Positions 1 to 13,305 of a stretch of 64,000 nucleotides of DNA are shown here, one piece after another. Made by a program: the position numbers and the translations under genes. Under the pieces are notes generated by a model. The model had not been told where the DNA came from, ran no database searches, and was given only the letters and a program-made list of their open reading frames with translations. Position 1 is the stretch's first letter; each line of letters opens with the position of its first letter. Source of the stretch: Camelus dromedarius (Eukaryota); the NCBI RefSeq assembly GCF_036321535.1, contig NC_087437.1, positions 82,586,001 through 82,650,000 of the forward strand, given 5' to 3'.

Positions 1-160
1 AGGAGGTTTATCATGTCATGTCTTATATTTAAGTCTTTAAGCCATTTTGAGTTTATTTTTGTGTAAGGTGTGAGGGAATGTTCTAACTTCATTGATTTAC
101 ATGCGGTTATCCAGTTTTCCCAGCACCACTTGCTGAAGAGATTGTTTTTCTCCATTGTTT
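1..160 (-). mobile_element. LINE-1 ORF2 fragment (5'-truncated end of an element continuing left of the window)
   Basis: tcttatatttaagtctttaagccattttgagtttatttttgtgtaaggtgtgag...ccagttttcccagcaccacttgctgaagag is the typical antisense L1 ORF2 C-terminal region. Confidence 0.85.
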
Positions 161-167
161 TGTTTTT

Positions 168-527
168 GTTTTTTCAAACACCTTTATAGTGGTATGATTC
201 CTGTACGCATATTTCAGATGCACAATTTGATGAATTTTATTAAATGTATACACCAGTGAAACCACCACCACAATCAAGACAGCTAATATTTCCATTATTC
301 CCCAAGAGGTGCAAATTTCTAATTCCCAGTTTATCCCTTACTACCCACTTTACCCCCTGGTAACCATTAGTTTATTCTCTATGTCTGTGAGTCTGTTTCT
401 GTTTTGTAGATAAGTTCATTTGTGTCCTCTTTCAGATTCCACATATAAGTGATATCATATGATATTTTTCTTTCTCTTTCTGCATTACTTCATTTAGAAT
501 GGGAATCTCCAGGTCCATCCATGTTGC
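168..527 (-). mobile_element. Two juxtaposed L1 3' end fragments (older L1M-type ~168-306; younger L1 3'UTR ~311-527)
   Basis: tgaaaccaccaccacaatcaagac (old L1M 3' end), then ggtaaccattagtttattctctatgtctgtgagtctgtttctgttttgtagataagttcat...gattccacatataagtgatatcatat, which matches the young L1 3'UTRs at 35217 and 57000. Confidence 0.75.
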
Positions 528-529
528 TT

Positions 530-2960
530 TCTCTGTTTTGTTTTGATTACTGTAGCTTTGTAGTATAATCTGAAGTCAGATAGCTTGATACCTCTAACTT
601 TAGTTTTGTTTTGGTTTTTTTCCCCTCAAGATTGCTTTAGCAATTCAGAGTCTTTTGTGGTTACATATAAATATTAGGATTACTTGTTCTAATTCTGTAA
701 AAAAAAATGTCATGGGTATTTTGATAGAGATTGCATTAAATCTGTAGATTGCCTTGGATACTATGGGCATTTTAACAATATTTCTTCCAGTCAATTAACA
801 TGGCATATCTTTTCATTTCTTTGTGTCATCTTCACCTTGCTTCCTCAGTGTTATAGTCTTCTGCTTTTGTTATAGCCTTTGTTTTAAAGTCTATTTTGTC
901 TGATATGAGTATTGCTACCCCTGCTTTCTTGTCCTTACTATTTGTGTAAAATATATTTTTCCACCCTCTCACTTTCAGTCTGTGCGTATCTTTAGCTCTG
1001 AAGTGAGTCTCTTATAAGCACCATATAAATGGGTTTTGTTTCTTTATCCAATAAGCTACCCTATGTCTTTTCATTGAAATATTTATTCCGTTGACATTTA
1101 AAGAGATTATTGATAGATATGTACTTACTATCATTTTGTTACTTGTTTTCTGGTTGTTTTTGTAGCTCTTCTCTGTTCTTTTCCTCCTGTAGTTCGATGA
1201 TTTTCTTTAGTGGTATGCTTATGTTCCTTTCTCTCTAGTTTTAGTGAATCTGTTTTTTGTTTTTGATTTGTGGTTACCATGGGGTTCCTATATGTTGACC
1301 TATAAGAATATCTATTATTTTAAACTGGAAGTCACTTAAGTTCAAAGACATTCTTTTAAAAATCTACCTTTTAACTCTGTCCCCCACATTTTGAGTTTTT
1401 GATGTCATATTTTTCATATTCATGTTGTTTATCCCTTCACTGTTTATTGCAGTTATAGTTGATTTTATACTTTTTTGTCTTTTCATCTTTATACTTGCTT
1501 ATTTATGTGGTTGATCTTCAGCCTTTACTATAGATCTGCCTTTACTATTGGGATTTTTCTAAATACTTATCTCTTATTGTAATCTTTTCCAAGACCCTTT
1601 AACATTTTTTAGGGTCAATTTAGTATTGATGAACTCTTAATTTTTGCTTGTCTGATAAGTTCTTTATCTGTCCTTCAGTTCTAAATGATAATCTTGCTGG
1701 ATAGAGTAGCCTAAGTTGCTGGTGTTTCCTTTTTAGCACTTCAAATATGTCATGCTACTCCCTCTGGCCTGCAAGTTTCTGCAGAAGAATCAGCAGATAG
1801 CCTTATGGGGGTTCCCTTGTGTATTACAACTCTTTGTTTTTCTTTTGCTGTCTTTAGAATTCTCTCTGTATCTTTAATTTTTGCCATTTCAGTTATGATA
1901 AAGTCTTTGTGTGATTCTGTTTGTATTCATTTTTTGGGACTCTGTGTTTCCTATACCTGGACATCTTTTTCCTTCTTCAGGTTCAGGAATTCTTCCACCA
2001 AAATTTCTTCAAATGCATTTTTGACCCTTTTCTCTCTCTCTCTTCTCCTTCTGGGACACCTATCATATGGATGTTGGTATACTTAATGTTGTCCCGCAGG
2101 TCCCTTAAACTGTTCTCATTTTTAATTTTTTTCTTTTTACTGTTCTGATTGGATGATTTCCATTATTCTGTCCTCCAGATTACTTATGCATTCCTCTGTA
2201 TCACCTAGTCTGCTGTTAATTCCTTATAGTGTGCTCTTCATTTCAATTTTTGAATTTTTCAGTTCTGACTGGTTCTTTTTTATATGTTCTAGATCCTAGT
2301 TAAAATTCTCACTGTGCTCATCTATTCTTTTCCCTCATTCAGTTGGAATTTTTATTGCTAATGCTTTGAACTCTTTATCTGGTAAAGTGTTTATTTCTGT
2401 TTTATTAGTTGTTTTTTCAAGAAGTTTCTCTTGTTCTTTTAATTGAAACAAATTCTTCTGTCTTCTCATTTTGCTTAACTTTCTTTGTCTCTATGAAATT
2501 AGGTGATACAGTTACCTATTCTGGTGTAGAAGGCATGTTTTTGTGTGGGAGCATCCCTATACTGTCTGCATATGCACCGTGGCTTTGGTGGGAGTGCAGG
2601 ATGTGATGTGAGCTCAAGTCACATCTTCCCCCAGAATGTGCTGTCAGCTATCATCTTGGTAGGACGTGGGACTGGAGATGGAGGAGCTAGACTGGACTAG
2701 GTATGAACTGAGGCTTATACTCAGTGGCCAACACTACTCAGTGGCAACAGTGCCACCCAGGGGTAGGGGCAGGTCCCATGTTGCTAGAACAGAAGCCTTG
2801 AAGGTTGTGTCTGAGGTGGTTCAGTTCTAAATGTGTCCTCTCCCAACACCAGCTCCCTAACCCCAGAGTGGAGTAGTGCCACAGCAAGAGGAACTGTAGC
2901 AGGTGCTTGGTGTAGATCTGGGCATGAGCTGTGGTAACCCAGGATTCAGTCAGAGACATG
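530..2960 (-). mobile_element. Internally deleted LINE-1: ORF2 RT piece (~530-860), ORF2 endonuclease start, ORF1 and 5'UTR
   Basis: ttttgattactgtagctttgtagtataatctgaagtcag (ORF2); gtctattttgtctgatatgagtattgctacccctgctttc (EN); ggcctgcaagtttctgcagaagaatcagcagatagccttatgggggttcccttg (antisense ORF1 RLSADFS-like region); GC-richer 5'UTR 2540-2960. Confidence 0.85.
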
Positions 2961-4479
2961 AACTGCTTCTGATGTACCACCTCCATAAGCACCAGTAATG
3001 ACTGCCCCTGCCACATTAAGATGCTGTTCCTACAATTGCTTCTAACATTTGCTATGTTATAAGGTTTGTAAGGACAGCAACTACTTGTTATTTGGCTTTG
3101 TGCATCCTGTGTGTGACTAATCTTGTTCTTAGCCCTAACAGGACTCAGCAAAAGTTTACTGGATTTATAAACTCTGCCTATCTATGAAATGAAATCTAAA
3201 GCTTTCAGTAAAGATGGCTGTCAACTGCTTTTACAGGTTCCTCCAGTAGAAGTGCTATAAGCTCCCTGTACAGCCCTCTTAAAAGCTTTTTATGAAGGCA
3301 GTTACTCTTTCAGTTGCCTCTACCTTACTTGTGGTTTTACTGAGGAGAAGGTAATAAGGCTGAGGTTTGCAGATGGGTGGACAAGGCTGGTGGTGTTACA
3401 GGACTAGGACCCTTAAGTACTCTCCCCCACTTAATATAGTCATGTGGGTCACATCAAAGGTACCACTGAAGGGGAAGTGCTAAGCAGCTGTCTGTTAACA
3501 TTTTGTAGGTTTGGGGTTTAGTTTTATCATCAACTGGCCAGTATACTATTCCTACATTTACCAGTCAACCTCTCAGAATTCTACCAAAGCTTTCTATCAC
3601 TAGGGCAGCCCTTCTTGAGTCCGGAATTGACCTTGACCCTGTCCCTGATCCACTGTTTCAAAGGAGTAGGTAGTTTTATTCCACAAAATCTAATTGTCTC
3701 TTGTCACCTTTGGTGCAAGTAATTACCAATTTTTAAATCTTTTATATTTTGCTCTTCAATCTGCAAATAATCATTTCTTTTATCATTACTTATTTCCCAA
3801 ACCATTCATAAACTTTGAGGTGAAACAATATAAACTGTCACATATGCATTTTAAGATAAAAAATATTTTAAATATTCTTGTTGGAGGCCAAGAATTATAT
3901 CTTTGTCAGTAGCATTTCATGGACAGGTCATCTAGCCAAGCCACAAGCAAGTCTTTTCTTCATAGGTTTCAGCCCATTACATTTGGATTTATTCAAAGTA
4001 GCATAAATGATGTTGAACTGTCCAAAACATTGTATGAGCCAGTGTGAATAAAATAAAATGCATCTCAAATTAGAACAATAATCCAAATTCAGGCATGGTC
4101 TTTACTTCTAGTTTAGTGGTAGGTTTTATTATTGGTCACCCTATAAAGCTAAATATATTTTGTTTGTCTGGAGATTTGAAGCATTACTAGAGACTATCCC
4201 ACAATGATTAGATGTATTATGAATATATAGCTAACTTCACCTGGGCTTCAATACTGCTCAAAATCCCTTTCTCTCTTAAATTACCACTGTATTGAATTAC
4301 CTATATATGACAACCTGTTCCAAATGTTTTGTATACTCTCAGGGGCCCCATGTTGTCTTCACCTCCTATACTCACAGCAAATTACCTTACTATTTACTTA
4401 ACTGTCAGGCTCAAAACTATTAATATAAATACTCTTAAGTATAACTTTAATAGGGATAGGAATCTCAAATTTTCTTTGC

Positions 4480-4860
4480 CCGGTTAATGCTGTCCACAAA
4501 TATTCAGTTCCCTCTCCCTCTAGTTACTTTGTAGGAGTGTACTTTCCTGCCCTCTTTGAAGTTAGGCACGGACCTGTGAATTGCTTTGGTCAGTGAAATG
4601 TTAATGGGTCTCTTCCACATGGAAGCTTTAAGAGTGAGTGGATGATCTGACACATTCCCTTTTCCTCAGCCGTAGCTCTTGGCACAGCCTCACATTCTGG
4701 TGGTTCTGTCATGCTGAGTCTTCAGGTAGAGGTGAACAGGGACCAGAGACACAGCCTGTGCACCTAGACATGAATCATGAGCAAGAAATAAGCCTTTGTG
4801 GTGTTGATCTATTGAAACTTGGGGGATGTTTGTTACCTTAACAAAAACCTAGTCTCACAG
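4480..4860 (+). mobile_element. MaLR LTR (MLT1I/J-like)
   Basis: actttcctgccctctttgaagttaggcacggacctgtgaattgctttggtcagtgaaatg ... gagcaagaaataagcctttgtggtgttgatctattgaaacttgggggatgtttgttac, typical MLT1 motifs. Confidence 0.75.
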
Positions 4861-4865
4861 TGATA

Positions 4866-6315
4866 CCAGGGATAATGGTGGAGTAGGAAACTCCAAAATC
4901 TTGTCCCTCCTCAAAAGCAGTAAATAACCTGGCAAGGACTGTCTGAATCAACTTTATCAGAACTTGGAAACTAATCAAGGGTTTATAGCAACCAGGTGAA
5001 TGCTTATTCAAGAGAAAATTGTCTGAGTGTAAGTAAGAGAGCTTTGTGGCATTTTAACTTACCCTGTCCCCATGCCGCACTCCTCAGGTCAGAAGCAGCC
5101 TTACAGACAACAATCTGCATTCCTCATACAGGCTCCTGGTACCAGGAAGAGCAGAACAGAACTTATTCTTAAACAATTTTGGCTGTTTCTTTTGACCTAT
5201 CTGTTGGTCTCTGAAGGGCCAGCTCAAAGGGCTTCCCTTTATTTTGCCTAACTCAGAAAAATCCACAAGCTGAGGTGGCTGCTCAGGGGGCATTTGTTAA
5301 AACCTTTCAGAGGCAAATGAATTAGCAGCTGCCACCCAGAGCAAGAAATAACAGGGCAAATGTGGACAAACTGCAAAGCTTGGCAGAAAAGGATGGGTAA
5401 TGAGACAACTGGCAGAAGAAATAAATTTTTAAAATTTGAAATAAATGAAATGTTATCCTGTGTTTATGGAGTAGAAGACTTTAATGTTGTTAAGGTGGCA
5501 ATGCTCCCAAATTTGATCTACAGATTCTATACCATGCATATTAAAATTCAAATTCCTTTTTTATTTTTAATTTTTGCTGAAATGGATAAGCTGATTCTAA
5601 AATTCGTATTGAATTACAAGGGACCCCAAATAGCCAAAACCATCTTTAAAAAGAAGAGCAAACTTGGAAAACTCACACAGCTTGATTTCAAAACTTGCTA
5701 CAGAGCTACAGTAATCAAAATAGTGTGGTATTGGCAAGGATAGATATACAGGTCAGTGGAACAGAATGGAGAGTCCAGAAATAAACTCACATATCTATGG
5801 TCAGTTAACTTTCAGCAAGGGTGCCAAGACCATTCAATGGGAAAAGAGTAGTCTTTTCAACATATGGTGCTGAAACAACTGAATAACCACATGCAAAAAA
5901 TGATATTGGACCCTTACCTCATACCATATGTAAAATTTAACTGAAAGTGGAATGATTTAAATGTAGGAGCTAAAACCATAAAACTCTTAGAAAAAAACAT
6001 TGGGGCAAATCTCAGTGACCTTGGATTTGGCAATGGATTCTTATATATGACACCAAAAGCACCAAATGGCTAGAGAAAAAATAAATTGGACTGTATCAAA
6101 ATTAAAAGCATGTGTATCAACGGACACACAATAAAGTGAAAAAAAAAAAAAAACCCCACTGAATGAGAGAAAATATTTGTAAATCATATATCTAATAAGC
6201 ATCTAGTATCCATAATATATAAAGAATTCTTACTACTCAACAACAAAAAGGGAAACAATACAATTAAAAATGGGCAAAGGGACTTGAAAATAGACATTTT
6301 TCTGAAGAAAATATA
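4866..6315 (+). mobile_element. Old LINE-1: 5'UTR-like segment (~4866-5410) joined to ORF2 C-terminal half (~5420-6315)
   Basis: ORF 5360-5743 reads MLPNLIYRF...EMDKLILKF...KGPQIAKTIFKKKSKLGKLTQLDFKTCYRATVIKIVWYW, recognisable L1 ORF2; followed by ccagaaataaactcacatatctatggtc. Confidence 0.85.
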
Positions 6316-6359
6316 TCAATCAGAACGTAGGAAAAAGCCAAAACCATCCCTCTACTTTA

Positions 6360-6645
6360 TTCTTCTCTAAAGTTATTTTTCCATTGCTTTCCTTCCCTGC
6401 ACTACCAAAATTTTAAAGGCCAAGTCTATATTCTCTCTTATTTCATTGCCTTTTCATTAGTCCTCTACCGTTACCTGGGCTCTGACCCTTTCACTAATCG
6501 AGTGAAGCATTTCTCATATATTGGCAAAAATGTTCTTACTTTTCATTCATTATTGATATAACTGCAGTGTTTGAACCTATGTCCCCCTTCTATTTTTTGG
6601 CCCTTGTGACACTATGCTCATCTGTTTTTCTTATCTCTCTAAAAT
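6360..6645 (+). mobile_element. Degraded L2 fragment
   Basis: Pyrimidine-rich; gcagtgtttgaacctatg...ggcccttgtgacactatgctcatctgtttttcttatctctct resembles L2 internal sequence. Confidence 0.45.
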
Positions 6646-7029
6646 ATATATCTGACTTCGAGTCAGTGAACCATATTAGATATGTGTAAAGGTAAATTTA
6701 AGTGATTTCTAGTTACTCATCCACAGATGGCCCCTATGAATTCCTTGAAAGTGTAATCCATGCAGATATATGCAATTTAGTATCTTATTGATCAACTATG
6801 GATTCTGTTCTAACGCTGCTCTTTGAAGATAGGATTATAGGCATAATCAAGGCAGAAGGTATTCACATCTTACAAATGTAAATACTTTAAAACCACTAGT
6901 ACAGAAGACAAGGAAATATTGCTCTGCAAAATCTCAGTCAGAGATCTAAACTTGAACACTGTGCTAGCCTGGTGGTCTTCAGAAGTATTCACATTCCATG
7001 CCTTCTGGCAGTATCATTGAGTACCTGCT

Positions 7030-7610
7030 GAGAGGGGTGGGGAAAATAAATACATGAACAAGGTAATTTTGGAAAGTAATTATTGCTAGGAAGATTGCAA
7101 AGTTAGGTAGAGGAATAGAGAGGGATGGAACAGAAGATGCATTATCTTATGTGATCAGGGAAGTTCTGTGGATGTGACATTTAAACTGAGATCTGAAAGC
7201 CTCGAAGAAGCTACCTATGCACAGATCTAGCAAGAGAATTGTCTTAGCAGAGGGAACAACAGCTGGAAAGCCTTAAGGCAAAAAATCTTGCCTAGTCCTG
7301 GTCCAGACCAGGAGTTCTTATAGCTGAAGCATGGTGGGGCTGTGGCACTCAGTGAGGTAGAACAGCTGGGCAGGGACAGGACTGAATCAGGTTTGAGGGC
7401 ACAATGTGGTATTTGTTGGTTTTTATTGTCTGAAAAAGAGGAAGCTGCTGGATGGGTTTAAATGGGTGGGAAATATGATCTGATTCATCTTTTTAAAATA
7501 CCATGTTGGCTACTATGTAAAGGTGGAATGAATAGATGTGGGGAAGCAGTTAGAAGATGTGGCAGACTGGAAAAAAGATGCTGGTGCCTTTGATAGTCAT
7601 CACTGTAAAT
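7030..7610 (-). mobile_element. L2 (L2a-like) 3' region
   Basis: gtgacatttaaactgagatctgaaag...gcagagggaacaacagctggaaagcc...gatctgattcatctttttaaaataccatgttggctac, antisense L2 motifs. Confidence 0.7.
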
Positions 7611-9299
7611 GTGAGGATTCGGTTATAAAAATCTGAGCATATTTTCTGATTTCCTTTTTACCCACTTCCCCTTTCACTTCTTTTTTGTGCTTTTCTTTCA
7701 CTAGACTAAAAAAATACAAGTTTTGCCCTTAACAAATGCACTGGGACTACTCTTTTAAATACAAATACCTAAGGAATTTAAACAAAAAGAAAGGGAAAAA
7801 CATGGGGACGTGCATGTATTAAATTTCTTTGAGATCTTGTGATCTGATTTCTTTAGGCACTGGCCACATGAACCAGAGATTATTTTCATGACTGGATGAC
7901 AGCCTTATAAAATAAAGGCACACCTATGTATACAATCACTTTTTCTGTGGTTATATCTTGGTTATAGCTTACAGTTAAAGGCTATTCTTTAATTGTGTTG
8001 ACTGTGGATATTTGTCCTTTACAGCAGAAAAAGAAATAAAACAACAAAAAAAGTCCAATTTGTTTCAACACCTCTGCTATTTGGCACATTTCTGAAATCC
8101 ACATATGCTAATGTTTGTGTTAATTCCTTAATACTAGGATACTTGTCAGAACCAAATACTTTTGTAATTAGTTATTTAAAACCTTTCAAGCACTAAAGCC
8201 TAAGTGGAACCATGAGTGGTTTGAAAATTTTCCTGTGATATTATTTTCATAATTTTTACTCAATACATTTTAATAATAATTAATTTGGAAAGACACTGTT
8301 TAGTAACACATTCAAATAGCCTGCCAATGTGTAAAGGGATTATTCACTATGATGAAAATAATTTACCAGTAAATTAAACACATTTTAAGCATTGGCTGTG
8401 TGTCTAAGACATGATAATATAACTAGGGGAAGACACAACAATACATATAAGCTTGTTAGCTCTAAAGTATATGACCCGTTATTTCCAGCAACTATATTTT
8501 TTCAGTGCAACAATCCAGTGTTTCTTGAAATAAATCAGAATTACAATGGGTGAAATGAAATCTCAGATTCTCGTGCTCTCATGTGCTCTCTGCCCACATT
8601 CCCCCCAGCCAATGCCGAAACCAACTACTCAGATTAGAAGAGAGAAAGAAATCTCTGCACTCAGCAACAACAATGGCTCTGACACTTGCAGACATGATTT
8701 TCCTGGATACGACCCCAGCCTCCCGCCATTGCGCCCCATGTCTTAGCTTCCTCATGAAGTCGCACACAAAATCCCTCACAGCTGTGGGAATGAAGCTGAA
8801 TAAATCCTGCTGTCAGGATCTTCACGAAGAAGTCTGTAAGCCTTCAAAATGAACAGTTGATCACCATAGGTGATGGAAAGTCGGGGTTTCTAAAGACTTT
8901 CTTCTGATCATCCTTTCTAGGGATGGAATCCTGTGGCATTCATGAAGCCACTGTAAACTTGGTCATTAAGTATGATGTTGGTGAAGGGCCCCTATGTCAG
9001 AACAGTGCTGTCTTGTCACATGACTGTGTGAGTTGGCATTGCTGACTGAGTACAGAAAGAAATCGCAGCCCTGGCATCCACACAAAGAAAATGAAAATAA
9101 TTGTGCCATCTTCCAGCAAATGTAGATCAGTAAGCATGATTCTGAATGAGTCTGGCCCAGCCATTTGCTAGCACAGATGAATCTAATTAAACTGCTAGCA
9201 GATGTGTAGCATTTATTTCATGAGTTAATTCACATATATTTACCCTAGGAAATGTATCTATGCCATAACCATATGATATTTCTGATGAACTGGCTGCCT

Positions 9300-10790
9300 T
9301 TTACCTTCAGGTCTGTATGTCTGATAATAGTATAGCTACCCCAGCTTTCCTATAAGTAGTGTTTGCCCGATACATCTTTTTTAACATCTTTACTTTTGGT
9401 CTTCTTATGTCCTTGTGTTTATGTAAATACCATATAGATAATTGTTTCTTTATCCAATCTGATTATCTCTTTTAAGTGGTGAGATTGGTTCATTTAAATT
9501 TGTTGTGTTTGCTGGTATTTTTAGACTTTAATCTCTTCCTCTTTTATTTACATTTTCTTTGCTTTTTCGATATTTCTTGTTTTCATAGCCTCTTTTCTTG
9601 CTTTTTTAACTGTGACTCAAACCAGCATGCATCATTCCCCCTAAAAGGAACTTTCTTACGATCTTTTCCATCTATCCATTATTTTGTTGCTATTACTAGA
9701 CTATTAATTTCATGATATAGAAGTACTTCTTCAATTTCTTTTTTTTGCCTTTAACATTTAAAATATAATTATAAAGACTCTTCTACGACTTGTGACTGCC
9801 TTATATCACATCTCATATTTACGGCTCTTCCTGTATGAGAACTTCTTGCCAAAAGAGTTTTCAGCGTGAGTCATTCGATAGCAAATTTTTTAGGCATTAT
9901 ATGCTAAAATGTTTATTTTAGACATTTACATTTGAATAACAATTTTTATAAATACTTAAACATTGCTCTGTTGTCTTACTGCATTCAGTGTTGTACAGAA
10001 GTCTGTCATCAGTCTGATTCTTATGTTTTTTGTAGGTTATTGACTCTTGCTCTTGAAAGGCTTTCAGGATATTTTCCTTTTTTTTTTTTTTCCCCTTCTC
10101 TTTCTCCCTCTCCTCTTCCTTTAAATCCTCCTCCTTTTCTTCTTCTTCTTCACATAGTGAGATTTCACTAATATCTGCCTAAGTGTGTTAGTTTTTCCTT
10201 CTCTCTCCTCTTTGGCACCTATGAAATTTTTTTATCTGTGTGTTCACTTTTTCTTATCTTAGAAAATATTTGTACTGCTCCATTTTTATTTCTCTCCTTC
10301 TGATCTCCTATTATCTGAAAGTTGGTACTTTTTATGCCCACCACAACTTTTAACTTACCTTTTAAATTTACAGTTTTTCACTGTTCCCTGCTTTAACCTC
10401 AGAGAGTTCCTGAAACTGATCTTTTAACTCACTAGCATATTTTTAGTTGTGTATTATTCCATTATTTATCTCAATTATTGTATTCTTTTTAGCAATTAGA
10501 TTATTCATACCTGGTATTCTCCTTTGGTTCTTTTTTATAATTTGTTTGGTTCTTACTTCGTGTTTTTAGCATTTCCTCTTGCCTCTTTTAGTATAGTTAG
10601 TATTCTTATCCTGAATTTGAGGTACATTTGTTCTTATACCCTTGCTTTTTTTGGTTAATGTGCTTGAGTTTGGAGTTTTCCTTTGAGGTGATTGTCCTCT
10701 TCATATGTCCTATTATTTTTATCTATGAGCTCCTATTCCTCTGAGGCTATCTGCTCCTCAGTCTGTTGATGTGTTTGGGAAGAGCAGAAA
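9300..10790 (-). mobile_element. Ancient L1 (L1M/L1ME) ORF2 start and ORF1 remnant
   Basis: gtctgataatagtatagctaccccagctttcc (EN start), gaagtctgtcatcagtctgatt (ORF1); T-rich strand bias. Confidence 0.65.
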
Positions 10791-11227
10791 GTCATACCGC
10801 ACAGTATGTTGGCTCTGTACATCCGAGAAGAGAGTAGCCTTAAGGCTCTTCTTAAGTTGGAGCATCCCACAACTTAATTAGTTACATTTGTTATCATCTC
10901 ATCAAGCAATTCTTTAGATCGGCGCTTCTGTTTTAAACCAGGAGGAGAAATATTATGGGGAGGAGGAAGTGTCAGGTGAAAATTTATCTGCCCTGTGGAT
11001 TTAAAAGGGGGACATGGAGGAGTCCATGCTAAGCATTTACTGATGCTGACCAGTTTATTCAACCATTCACCTCATCAAGGCTTATGAGATGCTCTTTAGA
11101 TACTGCACTCATCTCTACCATTGCTTTGGATTTCTGCAGAAAGAGGCAGATGATGACTGTCCCAAGACAACAGCAAGGAAAAGCCAAGAGAAGACTGTAA
11201 ACCACTTCTCAGGAATACAGACACACT

Positions 11228-11228
11228 T

Positions 11229-11275
<47 letters not shown>
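11228..11275. repeat. Compound (TC)n(AC)n microsatellite
   Basis: tctctctctctc ttacacac... with about 16 AC units. Confidence 0.95.
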
Positions 11276-11277
<2 letters not shown>

Positions 11278-11489
11278 GTTGCCTTTTACCACACACTACA
11301 GCAGTCTCCACCTCCCATCATTTAAAGTAGCCTTCATCTCTCCAGATTGTCTTACCTTTTCAAACAAAGTCCACGTTTCCGTCTATAGATTCTTCAATGT
11401 TAATTTGGAAGGATTTACAAGCCCATGATGATTCTGTTGAAAAAACAGAAGGTTTTCAAAATACAGGGGAAAATGAAAATACTACAGCT

Positions 11490-11820
11490 GTCCATGAATA
11501 GGGCAATGGTTAAATTAGCTGTAATATAGTTACATTATGGAATATTCTGCATCTAAAAAAAAAAACAAGTAGCTTGAAATGCATTAATAGAGGAAGAGGG
11601 CCATAGTATTATAAAAGATGAAACAGAAAAAATATATATGTGTATATATATATATATATATTTGATGTCTTTTTTAATATCTTTATGAATATGTGTTTGT
11701 TTATAAGCGTAGGAAAAGTCTGAATTGGATATATACTTAGTGAAAATGTGAGAGTGGGGTTAAAAATGAGAAGACGTTCACTTTTCACTTTACATATATT
11801 TAAATTGTTTGGTTGTTTTC
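11490..11820 (+). mobile_element. L1ME-like 3' end fragment with (TA)n
   Basis: tgtccatgaatagggcaatggttaaattagctgtaatatagttacattatggaatattctgca. Confidence 0.55.
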
Positions 11821-12769
11821 TTAGTATTCATTTTGTAGCAATTGATGAATCCACCCAAAAATGGAGAGAGTAGATTCCTATAACCAGACTGAACGGAAGA
11901 CTTAGACGGTCCCCTTATTGGCTGCTCCTTTATTCTTCCTTCTACATGTTGTACATGTCTCTTTCCTCTCCCTTTTCCACAAAAGAAAAAAACCAAAACT
12001 CCCCTGTACTCTATCCTAGCAAATTGTCAGTTGTTGATAATTTCTATTGGATATATAACATGTCAATAAATAATACACCAATAAATGAATGAATTCATGA
12101 AATAAAAGTAGAGAAGCTGTATTCAATAAAATCATATTTTCTTCTTTGGTTATTTATATAGTTATTCCCAGTTGAAGGTCAGTCTGACTCACAATTTTAC
12201 CACCCAAATAACGTAAAAACACCATGCTTATCTTTATTTATGCACTTACATGGAGAAATCCCTCTAGATACCACCAGTTTCTCCTCCTTTCTCATAACTT
12301 CCTCAGAGCAAAGTTGGAAATCCATAAAATTAGGCTGTTGTATTTCATCTAGGTATCTCACTTTTGTAAAAGTGTAGTTCTCTGAATTCCAGAAAGCCTG
12401 TAATCACATCTATTCATAGAAAATGAATTGCTTGCAGAAATAACAGCACAATGCTTTTTTTCAAAAACATAAATTTGGAAATATAACAACCAGTTAGTTG
12501 TCCAAGTATCTATTGAAAGGCCGTCTGTTATTTCTCCAGCAGTTTTAATGCATGTGGTATCATTTGAAGTTAATAAAATTGTTGGAACTGGTACACTTAT
12601 TATTAGTTGGTAATTTGTTCATGATTATAAACCAGTGACAACCAATCAAACTTATGAGATCTGAAAGCTCTTTTACACCAGAATCTTGTTTTTAATGATC
12701 CATTGCAAAATGTTGCATTGCTTATTTGCCTGAAGGGAATGTTTATTAAAATCCACAACCTATTGAATT

Positions 12770-12846
12770 CGGGGTTTTTTTGTGTATATATATTTTTTTA
12801 TTGAAGTATAGTCAGTTTACAATGTTGTGTCAATTTCTGGTGTACA
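12770..12846 (-). mobile_element. Extremely 5'-truncated L1 (3' terminal ~50 nt plus tail) with 15-bp TSD
   Basis: tttttttattgaagtatagtcagtttacaatgttgtgtcaatttctggtgtaca flanked by ACAACCTATTGAATT at 12755-12769 and 12844-12858. Confidence 0.9.
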
Positions 12847-13084
12847 ACCTATTGAATTTGGAAGACTTGGGAGGACACTGTCTTACCATAACCCCCCAAA
12901 TAAGGGGGCATCTTGTCAACATAGTCTTGAAAGTGTTATTCAGAGCACATCTCTGATTAGTCTAGTTCATTTACCATTATATTTGACTGTTAAAACTTGT
13001 TTGTACTTTTAAATATGTACCGTTGGCAATATATTCAAGCAAAAGGAAGTACAGATGAAAGTGTACTGTTTGGAATACTCAGGA

Positions 13085-13305
13085 TGCAGCAGTGTGGAGT
13101 TCAGAGTCGGATAGGACTGGGTTCACATCCTAGTTCAACCACTACCTGAAGTGAAATTTACTTAACTTCTCTGAGCATCAGCTTCTCATATGTAAACTGG
13201 AGATAACAGTGTTTGCTCCTTAGAGTAGTAGAAGAATAAATGATATTATGTTTATAAATGCTTGGCATATACTAGGCACTCCAAGCATGGTAGTAATTAT
13301 TATTC
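13085..13305 (+). mobile_element. MIR SINE
   Basis: ctgggttcacatcctagttc...ttacttaacttctctgagcatcagcttctcatatgtaaactggagataacag, MIR core. Confidence 0.8.
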
